DNA from: Catajapyx aquilonaris
Taxonomy: Eukaryota
Direction: 5' to 3'
Length of the DNA: 64,000 nucleotides
Assembly: GCA_000934665.2 (NCBI GenBank)
Contig: KZ538385.1
Location: 1-64,000, forward strand
Translations under genes and position numbers: made by a program
Notes under the pieces: generated by a model
Databases searched by the model: none
Seen by the model: only the letters and a program-made list of their open reading frames with translations
What the model was told of the DNA's origin: nothing
Part shown: piece by piece, positions 48,706-62,000 of the stretch
Position numbering within the stretch: the first letter of the stretch is position 1
Layout: every line of letters begins with the position of its first letter

Positions 48706-51665
48706 TTGGACAAACAATTGGGAATAGAGACATGTATGAAAGTCTGATACCTTCTATGTGGCGGATACAGTCTTACGACACTTCCATCCTTCGAAATTGG
48801 CTAGCTGCAATGGAATTTACAGAGCGTGGGTACTGCGGGATAATGATATGCGGTGTGTGTGCGGCTCTGGAGACTCAGAGTGATACTTTGGCCCTTGGAG
48901 TTTCCCACCACTTTGCGTGAGAGAAGACACATTACCGTGTAAGGTCAGCGAATACGAAAACAACTTGATCCCGAGGAAGCCCCAACTAGGGGCTAAGCGT
49001 CCTGCCCACTATAATTCTCAGAACCAGTCAGCGGAAAAACGCGGTTAAACTGAATCCCCCTCCGATAGTGTCGCGAACTTCGAAAAAAAAAAATGCGAAA
49101 CTTCGCAGTTCCCAGTTCAAGAAGAGAGTTATTGAAACCAGTTTAAAGAAACAACAGGTTGCAGCTGGGGTAAACAGCCCATAACTTCTTTTCATCTGTC
49201 AGTAAGAATAACTGAGCTATGTATAACAATAACTCTGAAGAACCTGTTGAAACTTTTATTTGCGTGAAGGCTATTCCAATAACTAATGTTGTAGACTGCA
49301 ACATTATGTGCTTGAATTGTCTTCACCATTATATTTATAAAAAAAGTTGTTGCACGAAGCGGATTCGCGTTGATATATCTATTTGCACTTTTTTTTTTTT
49401 GCGCGCGCAGAGTCGAGGATTGCGGAAACTACACTCGCTTCCTTCCATAATTCACTGTAATTAGTAAAGTGCAAAATAATGTTGTTTTTTTATAATAAAA
49501 AAGTACGTCCTTAAAATGATTGTGGGATGAAAGCGAAGAATTCCAATATTTTTACTGTCTAGTTTTTGGGCCCGTTTCCAAAATCAACAGAGTCGCAACT
49601 CAGGAGTTTGTGCGGAATTTCTTGCATGGGGGTGGAGGGGTGGGGGGAACTTGAGAGCCGAATTCTAGGAACAAAAATGAGTTGCTAGGTGCAGTTAGCC
49701 AGTTACATTGCTCCGGGGGCGCAAATGAAGTAACTTGTTGACGCAGATTGAAGAGCAGCGGGCAACTTTACAAAGTATTGGGTTGCACTGTTCAAGTCAA
49801 GAATCGGAGAGCACACCCCCCCGAACATGTCTCAGCCTCCCCGCCACAGGGATACTTTAACCAAGTTAAACACAGGAATGAATTCGTAGAATTGTAAGCA
49901 AAGTTTCGCGAGAGTACGGAGCTGTGGGGATGGGTAAGGACGATGGGGGGGGGGTGTCTAAAAAGGCAAAAGTTGGTGCGCTTTTGTGCCTAGAAGGAAA
50001 TGAAAAGCAGAAGGGCCCTGGCTGCTTGTTGCTTCCTTATTGATAAAGTTTTAGTGGGGGCTTGGGGAACCCATGAAGCACATTTTCCACGACATATTCA
50101 GAGTGGAATCTGCGGTTTGCACCGAATCTGGAGCCTCTTTTTTTTCTGTTCCATTCTCTTGTTTCCCTCCCTATTCCGGGAGACGAATAATAGCTCTGGA
50201 GAATAATGGGTGCGACCCGATTTTTTTTCTTTTCTTTTCGCGCACTAGCTCCGAATTGGGATCCGGAGTAACCGGATCCTTCTCCTGGGTGACACCCGAG
50301 ACCGCTGGCTCTTCATTGATACGGGCCAAAGCGGAGTAAATCAGAGTCGGATTGTCTCAAACCTGAGTCGATCAACTGAGAAGGCTGAGAGAGAGAAGGT
50401 TCAATAATTTCCGGAGCCTGAGGGCGAAAGTGAGCGGAATCTCTCCTTTTTTACCCCCCTTGCCTTTCACGGGGAGCTTAATTAAAATTACTGCCTGGCA
50501 CACACTTAGGATTAATTTGGTGGATAGGATCCTACCTATCTATCTACGTTTCTAAGGGAGAGGCTGAATTTTCAGGCGACCCCAAAAAAGTTCGGCCGGG
50601 AAATTCGGGAAATTCGACTACGGGTTATTGAATTCGACGGTCGTGTTTGAAACTATGTGTAAGTGTAGCATGTGAATGTTATAGGAACTATCCGCGATTG
50701 CTGATTGTCATTTATTCGTTCAGGCTACTGGCTCGTCAGGAAGAACCACAATTGCTTTTGACACCAATAAATCGCAATTGCACAGCAATTACTATAGAGA
50801 ATAACATTTTAAATGTTACTCTAATAGTATAGCATGCTGTGACTGATTTAAATATTTTTCGAAATTTTAACCCATGTCATGTCCGCTCCAACTATGCAAC
50901 ATGTAACGTGGCTAGTTGAACATCAATGATGAATATTTTTTTTTTAATTTAGTAAAATTGTGGTTTTTGGGATCGATATTTCAATACCATGGGCTATTGA
51001 TAGCATCAGTAGCGGGCCATTTGTCAACAATGTGTTTTGCTTTAGATGCCAATATTCGCATTACTGCAGGCCATTATTGGAGGAACTAAATTACAGACCA
51101 CTTTTATTCCATAAATGCAGGCACGTACAGGCAAAATTGTATCCGGTCGTGTACAGGGTGCCGCAGAGTTACCGCATATTTTGATCGAGTTATTTCGAAA
51201 ATGCGTTATTTTATTAAGGTATATGTCACTGCGGACACACGGCTCATCATTTTGCCTGCTTATCTTTGACATGTTAATGTAGCTACTAATCGCAAATAAA
51301 AAATATTCCAACCGAGTGCACTGTATACGGGGAAAAATACATGCCGGAGAGATTCCATTGGCGCATAGCACTTACATTTCACCTATTGAATATTTGGGCA
51401 ACACAGATTTTCATTTCCCCAGCCGATGTGGGGGGGTTTTGGGTCGGATTTTCGAATGTCGTGCATGCGATTTGCTGCCAGTCAGCTGCTAATGCACGCT
51501 GGCATTAATACGCAGTGGTTGGAGCGACTATAAAATAGTCCGATGGGTTTATAACCTGCATTTTATTGTGCGGGTTTTGCACATCCAGAGGGCCAACGCT
51601 TTTGCCGGCCATGGGGAAGTGGGGTGGGTTCAATCAGATTTTTTTTCCCCCCTCTCCCTACCATA

Positions 51666-51724
51666 TACAGGGTGGTCTGTGAGTTTTCAACCGTGTGCCT
51701 GAAATGTTATGAAGCACCCTGTAT
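51666..51724. mobile_element. Tiny Tc1/mariner-like remnant
   Basis: tacagggtg ... caccctgta, with TA at both ends and only about 40 bp between the termini. Confidence 0.5.
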
Positions 51725-54360
51725 ATACGCTAGCCGTTCCCTCCCTACTTTTTTTTTCCTCGTCTTCAATAGTGAGGACTCGACGTGAACTGTAATTTCT
51801 TTCATGGAGGGGTTGGAGCTTTTTGAGAGGTGAGGGTGGGGTTATAGGGAGGTTGGGATGGCGGGGGTGTTTTCCAAGATCGATATAGGAAAGAGAAGGT
51901 GAGGTAGGGGTAGGGAACCGTTTCGTGTTGTCGGTTGTGAATCGTCACGTTTGGACGACGCGCCCGCCTCGTACACTCTTCCCGAGCGCGAAAAAAGAAG
52001 CTGCTGAGTAAATACAATTGTCTTGATTATCGACCGTTAAGGCCTGTGTGACAGCTGCGATTGCATCGCGACTTTTTTTTTTCTCCGACTGTTTTTTAGT
52101 CCCCAGCAGGATAGGGCCCTTTTCAAGTGAGGGCACCCAGAGTGGAAAAAATACAAAGTATTCTTGGGAGAACGGCTAAGTGATTATGGTTGGAGGGGGG
52201 GATGAATGGGGGACGTCTTAAGAGGCGACAAAAATATTGAGGGGGAGGTTGAGATGGGCTATTGTGTGGGTGCATATAGTTTTTTTCCCCCTCTGTATAT
52301 AAGAGAGTCCTTAATGGTGCTCTGGGAGGATTTTTGTGTTCAAATGCAGGCAGGGGATGTCGAGTGTCGTTGTCGCCTTTGGGTTTAATTATAACGGAGC
52401 GAACGTTGAAAATGTTTTTCGGTATTTTATTCTGGCAGTTTATTGGGGATTCTGCTCTAACAACGCAACTTTTTTTAAACAAATCTACATCGCATGTGTT
52501 ACAGCTATAGAATGTTTTATCTGGCCTCATCCTGTACCCGTCACGCGTATAGTCGTATGTCCTCCGGGTTATTTGTCGCTTTGATAATATTGGCAAATTT
52601 TGACGTCACGCCGCGGAACAACAGCTGCCACCAGCCAATTAGCGAAGTGTCCGCATTCCTGACGCCTTCATTGCAAGTTTCCATTTGTTCTGACAGCACT
52701 CGTTGATATTCCGTTCTCGGCTGCCGACCTTCCTTAGCTCGGATTTATCCTGCACATTAGGCTTCAATGCGCACCAGAGAGGCTTACGTGAAGCCATGGA
52801 AAGCCAGGATAAAACGTCAGGCTTTAGAATATGCAAAACTATCTGTTCGGACAAGTGGCCTTGGTTAGACCTGAACATGCAATCGATAGTTTATTAAAAT
52901 GTAAAACGATGTATGTCATATTTGATTGTAATAATTGACGTTAGAGTTTCGATTGCGATAAGCTATTTTTGTACAACTTTTTTGTACATTTGATATCGAC
53001 ATGTAGATAGAAAGATATGTATGTATAACTATGCTCACGTTGCAAGTTCACCATTGGAACTGAGGACTTTTGGTAGTTCACTGTCCTGTTGTATATATAT
53101 GACTCGTTGCTCGAAGGTACATGAATGACAGCAATGGACCATGTTGGATGGCGTCCTCTTTTCACTCCAAACCGTGCCCTATGTTTCGCTTCATTATCAG
53201 CCCGGAATTTATACACAGTTTGCCTCCACAATGCAGGAACGCAGGGACTGTCATTGTGCTGGTAAACTAACTGCGCAGTTCCAATGCTAGCTGGCTCTCA
53301 TCACATTCACGTTAAAGAAAAGGATGTGCAGTCCATTTCCAGCGTACCAGCCGTAAACCAAGCGCCGAGTTAATCGCAGGCATCAATCACGAATCAAGTT
53401 GGACCGGACGTAAATTCGGGCTCCATTCAGGCAAAATCTGATGAGTGGTTAGCATGGCTGTTGACGGGAACATCTGGAGAATGGGCCGCGGTTTTGCTGA
53501 TACTGTCCCTCTTTATCTGCCAATGGAAAAAACCGGGGGGGCCCGCGCGCAGCAAAATAGTGCGAAACAATTTTAGAACCTGGTAATTTACGGGTTACGC
53601 CTGCGAAAAGGACATACCTTCCAGCAGTTGAAATAAAAGAGTGGGAAAACGCACATACCAACTGATAAGACGAGAGTTGCGCATCAGTTTGTACCCCGTA
53701 TATTTCCACTGGAGTTAACGAGCGTCAGGTTGAAATAGGTACGTACATTTTTTTTTTTCCAGAGGGTGGGTGGGAGGTGTTCCCCCCACCAGTCCCAACC
53801 ATGCAATAGCGGTGCGGCTTGGTTTGTATTTAAAAAAAAAAAAGCTGGCAGCTGAAAAAGCGGGCAGTAAAATCCGGGCAAAATGACGCGACTCGGACGT
53901 GCGTCTGTTAATGGACATTGTGCATAAAGAGACCGGGGAGAGATCGGGTGCAGATTGCTCCCATTCCGCTTCGCTTTTCGCTGGGAGGTTGTCAATATAC
54001 ACTGTACACACACATGTCGGCAGCGAGTCAACTCCACCCGTGATTTTATTATCCTTTATTTATCGGTTCTGAAGGGGGGGCGCTTGGCCGCGTTCGAATC
54101 ACTGATAAGCTGGGGGAAAACATGGCTCGGGGTGGGGGAAAAAAAACACAGGTTATTTTCCATGGGCGATTGGGCAAGTAAAGGTGAAGTATTGGCAGCT
54201 GCTGCGGCTAAATCGTAGGTGAATTGCATTGTTGCTGGATTTTTTTGGTCGTGGAATGTCCGTACACTTGCTGGGGCAAAAGGCACTGATCGGCCGATGT
54301 GATGAACAAAGGATTTATGTTTGGTACCAATTTAATTATTGTCTTTCTTTTTCATTTCAG

Positions 54361-54396
54361 ATATCGCTTTCCTTTCTGGTGGACGCCGTTCAAAAA
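54361..54396 (+). other. Candidate 36-nt micro-exon (UTR or coding)
   Basis: Very strong acceptor gtctttctttttcatttcag and a perfect GTAAGT donor at 54397. The length is a multiple of 3 and frame 0 is open (ISLSFLVDAVQK). Confidence 0.5.
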
Positions 54397-56355
54397 GTAA
54401 GTTTCCTTTTTCATTTCCGGCATCTGTGGACTTTGATCTGCTCTGTGTACTCTATAGTGCAGCCGGCCTGTAATGTGCCAAGGCGGTCTTTACGACTTGG
54501 GACTGGCGGAAAACGGCACAAAAAGGTCTTCAAGTAGATGGCCGGTACCGATGCGGTTCTGTTGACAAGTCTTTTGAGGCAACCTGAAGTGCTTCTGTAC
54601 TTTGTGGAGGCGGACGTGCGAGGAAGAGGCGCGGTGACAACGGCTGGCTGTGAGGGCACAATGACGACGGTCTATAAGAGATTGCGCATTGTCTTGCTAA
54701 AAGCTCCAGAGCGGCGGCTCTTGGCAGAAGTACGAATGCCGTGTCATTGACTACCAGTCGTGATTGTTGTCAGTACTTGATGCACGGTCGATAGTTAATG
54801 CGAGGTTAAGATATGTGATGGAAAGTCTGGAGCTCCCCTGAGGGAAATAAAAGTGGGTATGAAGCCGTAGAAAGTTCGAGTAATGCTTGATTACAGTTTA
54901 ACGTGCTCGGTGTTTACGGAATGAATTATTACTCACCTAAGTAAGGGTGGTTCATGCAGTGATCCACAGAACTTCGTGCATAATGCAGCCTGTTATGTTG
55001 AAGGTAGCATTTTGCTCAAAATCAGGATATAATGATTTCCCAGTACTGGTTATGGGCTTTCTTTGGCCGGTGCCAGCCTCCAGCTACTTAATTTGCGAAT
55101 TCTGGATATGCAAGCTTGTGACGTTGTGTATACATGGTGAGTAGCTATACCTTAACGTGACAAACAAATTTGAGCGATTCAATATGAAGAGCCAACGTCG
55201 ATCCAGCCTGGAAGGAAGTGTAAACCATCCTCTTTTTTTCCCTCATCTTCATCGCATATGTACACGCCACTGGAAAAGGGGGCCTTACCATGAGAGAAAA
55301 AAAGAGGCCGGCATTAAATCGGATCCCACCCTTCGCAGATCGTCAGAAGTGGCGGCGGTTGTTGATCAAAAGTGTCGCAATTTCGCAACGACTCCCGGCG
55401 GGGGCAACACAACTGGAAGCCCGCCTTTTGGGTCACGTCTGGCAACATAAATGTCACGTGTAGTTCAAAGGGAAGGCAAAAGTGGCACCGGAGTCGGGCG
55501 AGCCCGAGCAAATAAAAATCACTTGGAGCCCGTGACGCCGACGACAAATGACACATCATTGAGCGGCGCTGTCCGTTATTATAATCGCCCTCCAACTACG
55601 GAGCACGTTCAGGGGGTGGAAGCTGGAGAGTTGCCCAGAAAGTGAGTCGGAAAAAAAGGAAGGATATAGGGGGGACGTCAAAGGAAAGGGAAAAAAGAAG
55701 CCTATAGGCCCTACCAGAAAAGTAGCGAGAGAGACTGCCGAACAAAAAGGGAGGAAAGGAAGGCGTCACAATGGGAGAGATGACACGAGAGAATCGGATC
55801 GGAAGTGGAAAGGACAGTCGTCCGGGTGGATAATTTTTGGTTGGCTAAAGCATTTCAATAAAGGTTTCCTGCGAATGAGATTCCTCCGGGGGCCTTGTGT
55901 GAGAGGAGGGCTTATCAGGGGCCACTTTTGGCAGCTATGTGATGCTATGCGAAAGGGGAGGGAGCACAAAAAGGACCAGGGGTATTGTTATTGGCTGCTC
56001 ACAAGTCAGTGGTTAACAGTTGGAGGATTTAAAGCCCTGATGAGGTGAGATTTGGGAAGGTTCTCAGATTGTCAGTATTCCAGACACATTGTCCATATAC
56101 GAGTAAAATGGGTAGTCAGTAACTACTCAAAATGTAAAGTGCATAAAAATATAAACTTGGGGCAAGTAAATATAACTTTTATGCAGATAAGTTAATAAAT
56201 ATATTCAATCAGGTGAATAGGCTACTGTAGATGTGTTCACTTACCCTGCATGAAATAGTCAAAATTTAGCCAAAAACTACTAGAAAACAGTGAACACGTT
56301 AATGCATAAAAATATTCACTTGGGATCTATAGGTAAATAAAACTGATGCAGCTAA

Positions 56356-56778
56356 AGGGACACTCCATTCAAAAAACAAGTTTGGCTCTAAAAGTCGGGC
56401 AAAAAATCCTGAATCCGAAGGTGCAATCCGTTTTTCGCTACGCGGAACGGTAATCCCAGGGCGAGGGGTCAAAGTGGGGAAATTCAAATAGTGCTCTAGA
56501 AGCTGGCCGTCCGCCAGCGACGCCCTCGGGACCTTGGGAACTGGAGGGCTGCTCCCGCGTGCCCGCGCGCTTAGGCCCATCCCAGAGCGGTGCAGCCCTC
56601 CAGTTCCCCTGTTCCCCGCGTGGCGGCGCCACTTATGATCCCTTTTAGCAGACGACACACTTTGACTTCTCGCCCTTGGATTACCGTTCCGCGTAGCGAA
56701 AAACGAATTGCACCGTCGGATTCAGGATTTTTTGCCCGATTTTTGGAGCCAAACTTGTTTTTTGAGTGGAGTGTCCCT
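56356..56778. mobile_element. Kolobok-like non-autonomous element with ~120-bp TIRs
   Basis: Arms 56356-56476 and 56658-56778 are near-perfect reverse complements. The termini are AGGGACAC / GTGTCCCT, flanked by CTAA and TTAA. A TTAA target with an RR start is typical of Kolobok. Confidence 0.8.
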
Positions 56779-57833
56779 TTAAGTGAATAAATCCGGTGAG
56801 TACGGTGTACTGTATTTATTCACTTACCCTGCATAAACCAACCAAAATTTCCCCATAATCTACTGAGAAACAATGAAAGCGTTATTACCTAAAAAATTCC
56901 CTTATAGGTGCATGAATTTTATGACGTATATTTTTTGCATTCAAATCTCTACATGAAGGAGTTGTAAACGTCTCCCGTGATTCATGCACCTTAATGAATA
57001 TTTTTATGCATTTAATGTTTTAAATGTAATGGGTAATTTACGTACATAATGTTGCTGTAACTTCTGGGCTACCTGATGTTGAGTTCGAATGTAATTGCTT
57101 TCGAGGGACTAATGCAGGGTAGACCAAACACGGACGTGTTGCTTCAGGGATGCAACGTGACATCCGAACCTTTTGCGGCACATATACAGCGAAATGCCCT
57201 TGGAGGATATCAGGCCAAAAACGACTGCAAATTAAGCAAATGCTGACATTTGCTAAGTAGCTGGGGAAACGGCTTCAGTTTGCGCGACATTCTGTACCAT
57301 GCGTCAAGTTGAGTGGCGGAGGTTTTGTCAGGAAGATCTAAATGTGGTGCAGACATGCAGGGCCCCTGGTATATACGCATCAAGATACATAGCCTGGAGC
57401 ACAGGCATGCCGAAAGTGCATTTTGGAAACTTGAAAACAAGATTTAGGGAGTGATCTTGCGTTCCGAGCACATAACAAAGAATGGAAAGGGGGAGAAAAA
57501 AAGGGGGGGGGGGAGGGGGTGGAAGTTTGCTGAGAACATTTTCTTCGCACGGCTCACAAGCCATAACCTTTGCACTCTCTACATCTACAGTATATACTGC
57601 ACATTCCGAGCGAACAATGGAAATGGCTTAGTAGGCCTACCGCTATATAGGATGAGAGCACATTTTCTGGCGCAGATATCCGTCATGAACTGCATAACAA
57701 AATCCGCTTTTTTAGAACCATGCGATGTGAAACGACAATGTGAAACATGAATAAAATCGCATTTTAGGCATCGTATAACATACGGGCACGAACTGGAAGA
57801 GGTCAGACTGCTCTGGAAGCGATCTGGTAACAT

Positions 57834-58140
57834 TATAGACGAATTTTTATGAGCTCAACCGAGTGCACACCTATACACTCGCGAAGCTCCATTGTTACGA
57901 CAACTAAACTGCCAGAGTTGCTCCACAGGGGCCAAAAAGTCACACTTAGCCTTTGAGGTTCGTTCCAGAGATTTGGCAACGTCGCAAACGTCGGCCATTT
58001 TGTTTCCCTAAGCGTAGCGTTGGAAATAAGTACAGCAGCGCAGTACACTCACCATATTATCCGGCGATAATGCCAACTGTGCAATCTGCGCGAACTGTGG
58101 TGCGCACTCGGTTGCATTAGTATAAAAAAAAATCATATAT
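57834..58140 (+). mobile_element. MITE family A, near full-length uninterrupted copy (~300 bp)
   Basis: Inverted termini caaccgagtgcacacc / ggtgcgcactcggttg, with all internal family blocks present. Confidence 0.85.
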
Positions 58141-61100
58141 TGTACCATAGGCAACATATAGCAAGAGTATAAAATTGTGTCACTGTGCATCACAACACGG
58201 CGTACACAGACCCATTAACTGTAGTTTTGTCACATTCCGGTACAGTGTGCGCTTGTTGTTGTTATTATTCCGACGCGCGCCATGCAGTAATGAGAGCACA
58301 ATACGCACTGTGTGTGAGTCTGCATTGACTCTTCTTTCTCGCCTCGTACAGTTACCGGTATGACACACTAGAAATAACAGTGATCAGGCGAATAAAAGGC
58401 GCGGTCTGTTTAACAATGGTGCTTGTGCATTGTGGCCTGCAAATGAAGCGAGCACACAGGGCGACTTAAAAACAGGGCTGTCGGCCAGAGGTCGCCCGCG
58501 GGTTCAATCGGGGCGGGTAGGCCCGGAAGCCATTGGTCGTAAACATGGCTTCGATTTTAATCAACTTGTTTGTTGTGCCTCTGTGAAGTGGTCGCTGTAA
58601 TTATCGGAGGGGGCAGGCTCGCGACCGCCACATCATACGTGCTGGGCACTTAAGTGCTTGCTAGGCATTTTGTCAGTAACTTATGTTGACTTCATTAGGG
58701 TTGTTAATTCAACCGGGCCTCATTAACCTTTCACTTGCAAACTTTTTTTTGCCCCCCTCTCGAGTACAGGCTTCCAATAGCAACAACCGGTCATCCACCT
58801 ACCCGCACACACACACACAAGGATATATAAACATGTGGGCGCCATGGAGGCGCCCGGGACCCCGTAAATTAACGGCGTTACCTCCGTCGGTTTGATGACT
58901 AATCGCCGGCCGTAATCATTTCATAAAGGCGCTGTTATCACGCAAAACGGGGCCCCATTTTCGGCAGGCTTGCAGGAAGAGGAGGCTTCAATAGGCGGTA
59001 ATTAATGGCGCGCGGATTGGGAGGGAGGAAAAATGGGAGATACAAGCCTTTAGTCGTGTGTTATGGACGAGGGAAAAAATGGAAGGGGGTGGGGGGAAGG
59101 GGAGGAGGAAAAAAAAAAAAAATCAAGTCGGCACGATCGAGCACGAGTCTTCCCCCTCTGGTCATTCATCATGGGAGCCCCCAACTTACAAAGGTATACT
59201 GTTGGAGCAAGGGGGTGGTTGTAGCCGTAATTTATAGGGGTGGGATTGCAGGTGAGGCGTGTGTGTAAGGCGGGTCCCCACGTAATGAGTGCTGGGTTTC
59301 CGGTAACTGTGCTGCTGTTTGCTGGCCCCTGGCTCACGTCATTATGCAGATAACTGTCGGAGGGAGACCCTGCCTACCCCTCCCACCCCCCAGAGGGGAA
59401 TTTATGGTCCTACGGTCACTGGGGTTTTCATGACGAAGTGAAAAACCTAGGAAGGAATGTCGGTTTTCGCGTGTAAGAAGGGGGTTGTGAATGCGAGTGG
59501 GGTCTGAATTGTTTAAACTTGGGAGTGTCACAATAATGCTCCCTAGCTTCTAATCGTGTTACCAGATAATATTAAGGCTCCAGGGAAGTCCAATCGGACC
59601 ATCTGGATACGAGTGAGTCATATTAAATAATGAGAGGGGAAAGCAAGCTGGCCGGAAAAAAAATGCGGTATATATGAATTCACTGTTTGTTTTAAATTAG
59701 GCGTATTATAACATGCACGGCCTGCTGGTTACAGTAGCAATACTGTAATGTCATTTTTAATGGTCCACTGTAAGTTAGGAAATGAGAATAAGCGATTAAT
59801 GGAGAGTTTATTTGCATTATATAGAGAGATTTTCTGCTCAATTAAGTGCTTTTCACTACACTATTAGCTAAACTTCTTTGTAATAAAAATGTACTCGAAG
59901 AAGCAATTTTCTGTTAATTTCAGTGAAGTAATACAGACAACTATAGCAGCATTACTGAGTCAGGTGAAAGCGACGAAATTTCTATCGGAAAAAGAAATGG
60001 ATATGCGATTGAAGAACTACTCAAAATAGTTGAGAGCATATTGATGTAGAATGATTTTTATGGCAGATTTTAGTTAGAAATTAAGTAATTCGAGGCACCC
60101 AAATTTCAAGGGAAGTGGCATTTTGAGCATGGTTACGTGTCAGATGCATGGGACACTAACTACTTAGCATTGAAAAAAAAATCTATATAGGAAGTTTTGT
60201 AGTTAATGGCTAGCATTGTTCAAATATGAGCCACTGCATTGAAGTACACTATATGGCCGTGATATAGCTTCTCACTAGCTTCGGGGCAGAAAAAGGCTAT
60301 GAGAGGAGCTTTTTTTTTATTGGAAGTCTGCATTATACAGCTGCGGAAATAATAGCATTACCGAAACCAGTCATTCAGGCGAACTTTTAGTATGGACATG
60401 ATGGCAATGCAGCACATGCAATGTACGAATTTCTATACTGATTAGTAGGCTAGCATAACGATCCGGTGTCGACCATGAGTAAAAATCTGCGAGCTCAGGC
60501 GTGGCAATTCGTCTATTGCGATTGACCTGTCGATCGGGGCAATATAGTATGATAACGCCCGGACAGGTTGATAAATGTAGCTGAACTCAATTCGACACGT
60601 GATTGTTGCTCTTCGGATCATATTCTGGCCATTATTTTGAGCTGTCCTTTCTCCTCCCCCTCTCTGATATACTTTCTCGCCACACTTGTCACGAATGTTT
60701 GTTACTTCTTGGAAAGTTGTCATTAACTGTAATCAGAAAAATGTTAGTCAGCCTTGGAAGCTCGTCTGTACTTGGAAATGAGGCCTGTGTTCCAGCACAT
60801 AACTGCGTTCTCCTTATCGCACATAATGTTCTCAAGGATGTGGGATATGATAATATGACATTGTGATGTGTGATATGATAATAATTTTGAACGTTCTTTT
60901 ATTAAAATTATTAAAATAGAGAGAAAATGAACTTGTTGGTTGTGTCTCGGTATGCGTTTGGCTTAAACATTTTTTGGGACTTTATCCTGGACGATAGGCT
61001 TCCCTTTTAACAAGAGAGGCGTATGGGTAGCTCTTAACTGTCAGGATAATCTTAATATGGTCCGCTATTTGCATGAACATGGAAATGAATGCATCACGCA

Positions 61101-61908
61101 GGTGACCAACGCTGCTGAATTATGTTCATTAAATTCCTAATGTGCGGTGTTGTTTCCAATTTTTTAAAGTTAATGAATAGGCTAACTGTTGCTGTAAACA
61201 TGCTATAGATTCGGATAATTAATGCGGGGATTAAAATTCAGTCAGAGACCTGTTACATGGCTATTTTGAAAAACAACTTACCCTTCCATAGTTCCATCCC
61301 CACTTCCCACCGTCCCATCAGCAGCATGCGGTTTTTGCGTCGGAAATCGAGATCCTGGCATTATTGCACTGTATGACTGCTGGATGTTTAATTTTCCCGC
61401 ACAGTGGCGTATGATTGCACCGTGAACAATTCATCACACTATTTTTTTTTTTGTCGCTTATATTCAACTTTTAATTAACAGTCGCGTCACCTGTACCTGT
61501 AGGGGTGACAAATGTCTAGGCAGCATCCGGCAACTGCATAGACGACGAGGAAAGCCACGCATGACTGTTAATAGGCAGAATTTTACATTGCACTACAGCA
61601 GAAAAACCGTCGCTTCGGGGCGCGGATGGGGTGGTGGTGGGGCAGGTAGGAGGTCTTGGTGTCGGGGTTGGGAGGGAGCGATGTAGACGCTCCGGCCGAC
61701 AGCGACACCCACCAGAGGCGCTGCCTCCACGCACTGCGCATGAGTAGAATTCGGGCCAATAGGAAGCGTTGCGGTAACCATATACGCCGGGCCAATCAGA
61801 AGGCTTGCACAAACAACGATTTTAATAATACAGATGACGCCACCAGTACGACACCATTAATGTCTAGTACTGTACTTTGTCGTCTGTGTACGTGTATGCC
61901 AACTGTCT

Positions 61909-62000
61909 GTATCAACCGTTCAAAAAGAATTGTCCCGTCGCGTCGAGCGGGCAGCCACGCGTCAGGATGAAAGGAACAATTCTTTTTGAACGGTTGATAC
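61909..62000. repeat. Inverted repeat with a perfect 25-bp stem and 42-nt spacer
   Basis: Arms are gtatcaaccgttcaaaaagaattgt and acaattctttttgaacggttgatac. Confidence 0.9.

Noticed and set aside
56299..56790. Two ORFs sharing the peptide ITVPRSEKRIAPSDSGFFAR on opposite strands
   Set aside because: They result from the long terminal inverted repeats and show no transposase motifs.
10451..58140. Recurrent ~25-40 bp sequences read as a CRISPR array or another prokaryotic system
   Set aside because: The repeats are dispersed MITE termini without regular spacers. There are no cas genes and the DNA is intron-containing eukaryotic sequence.
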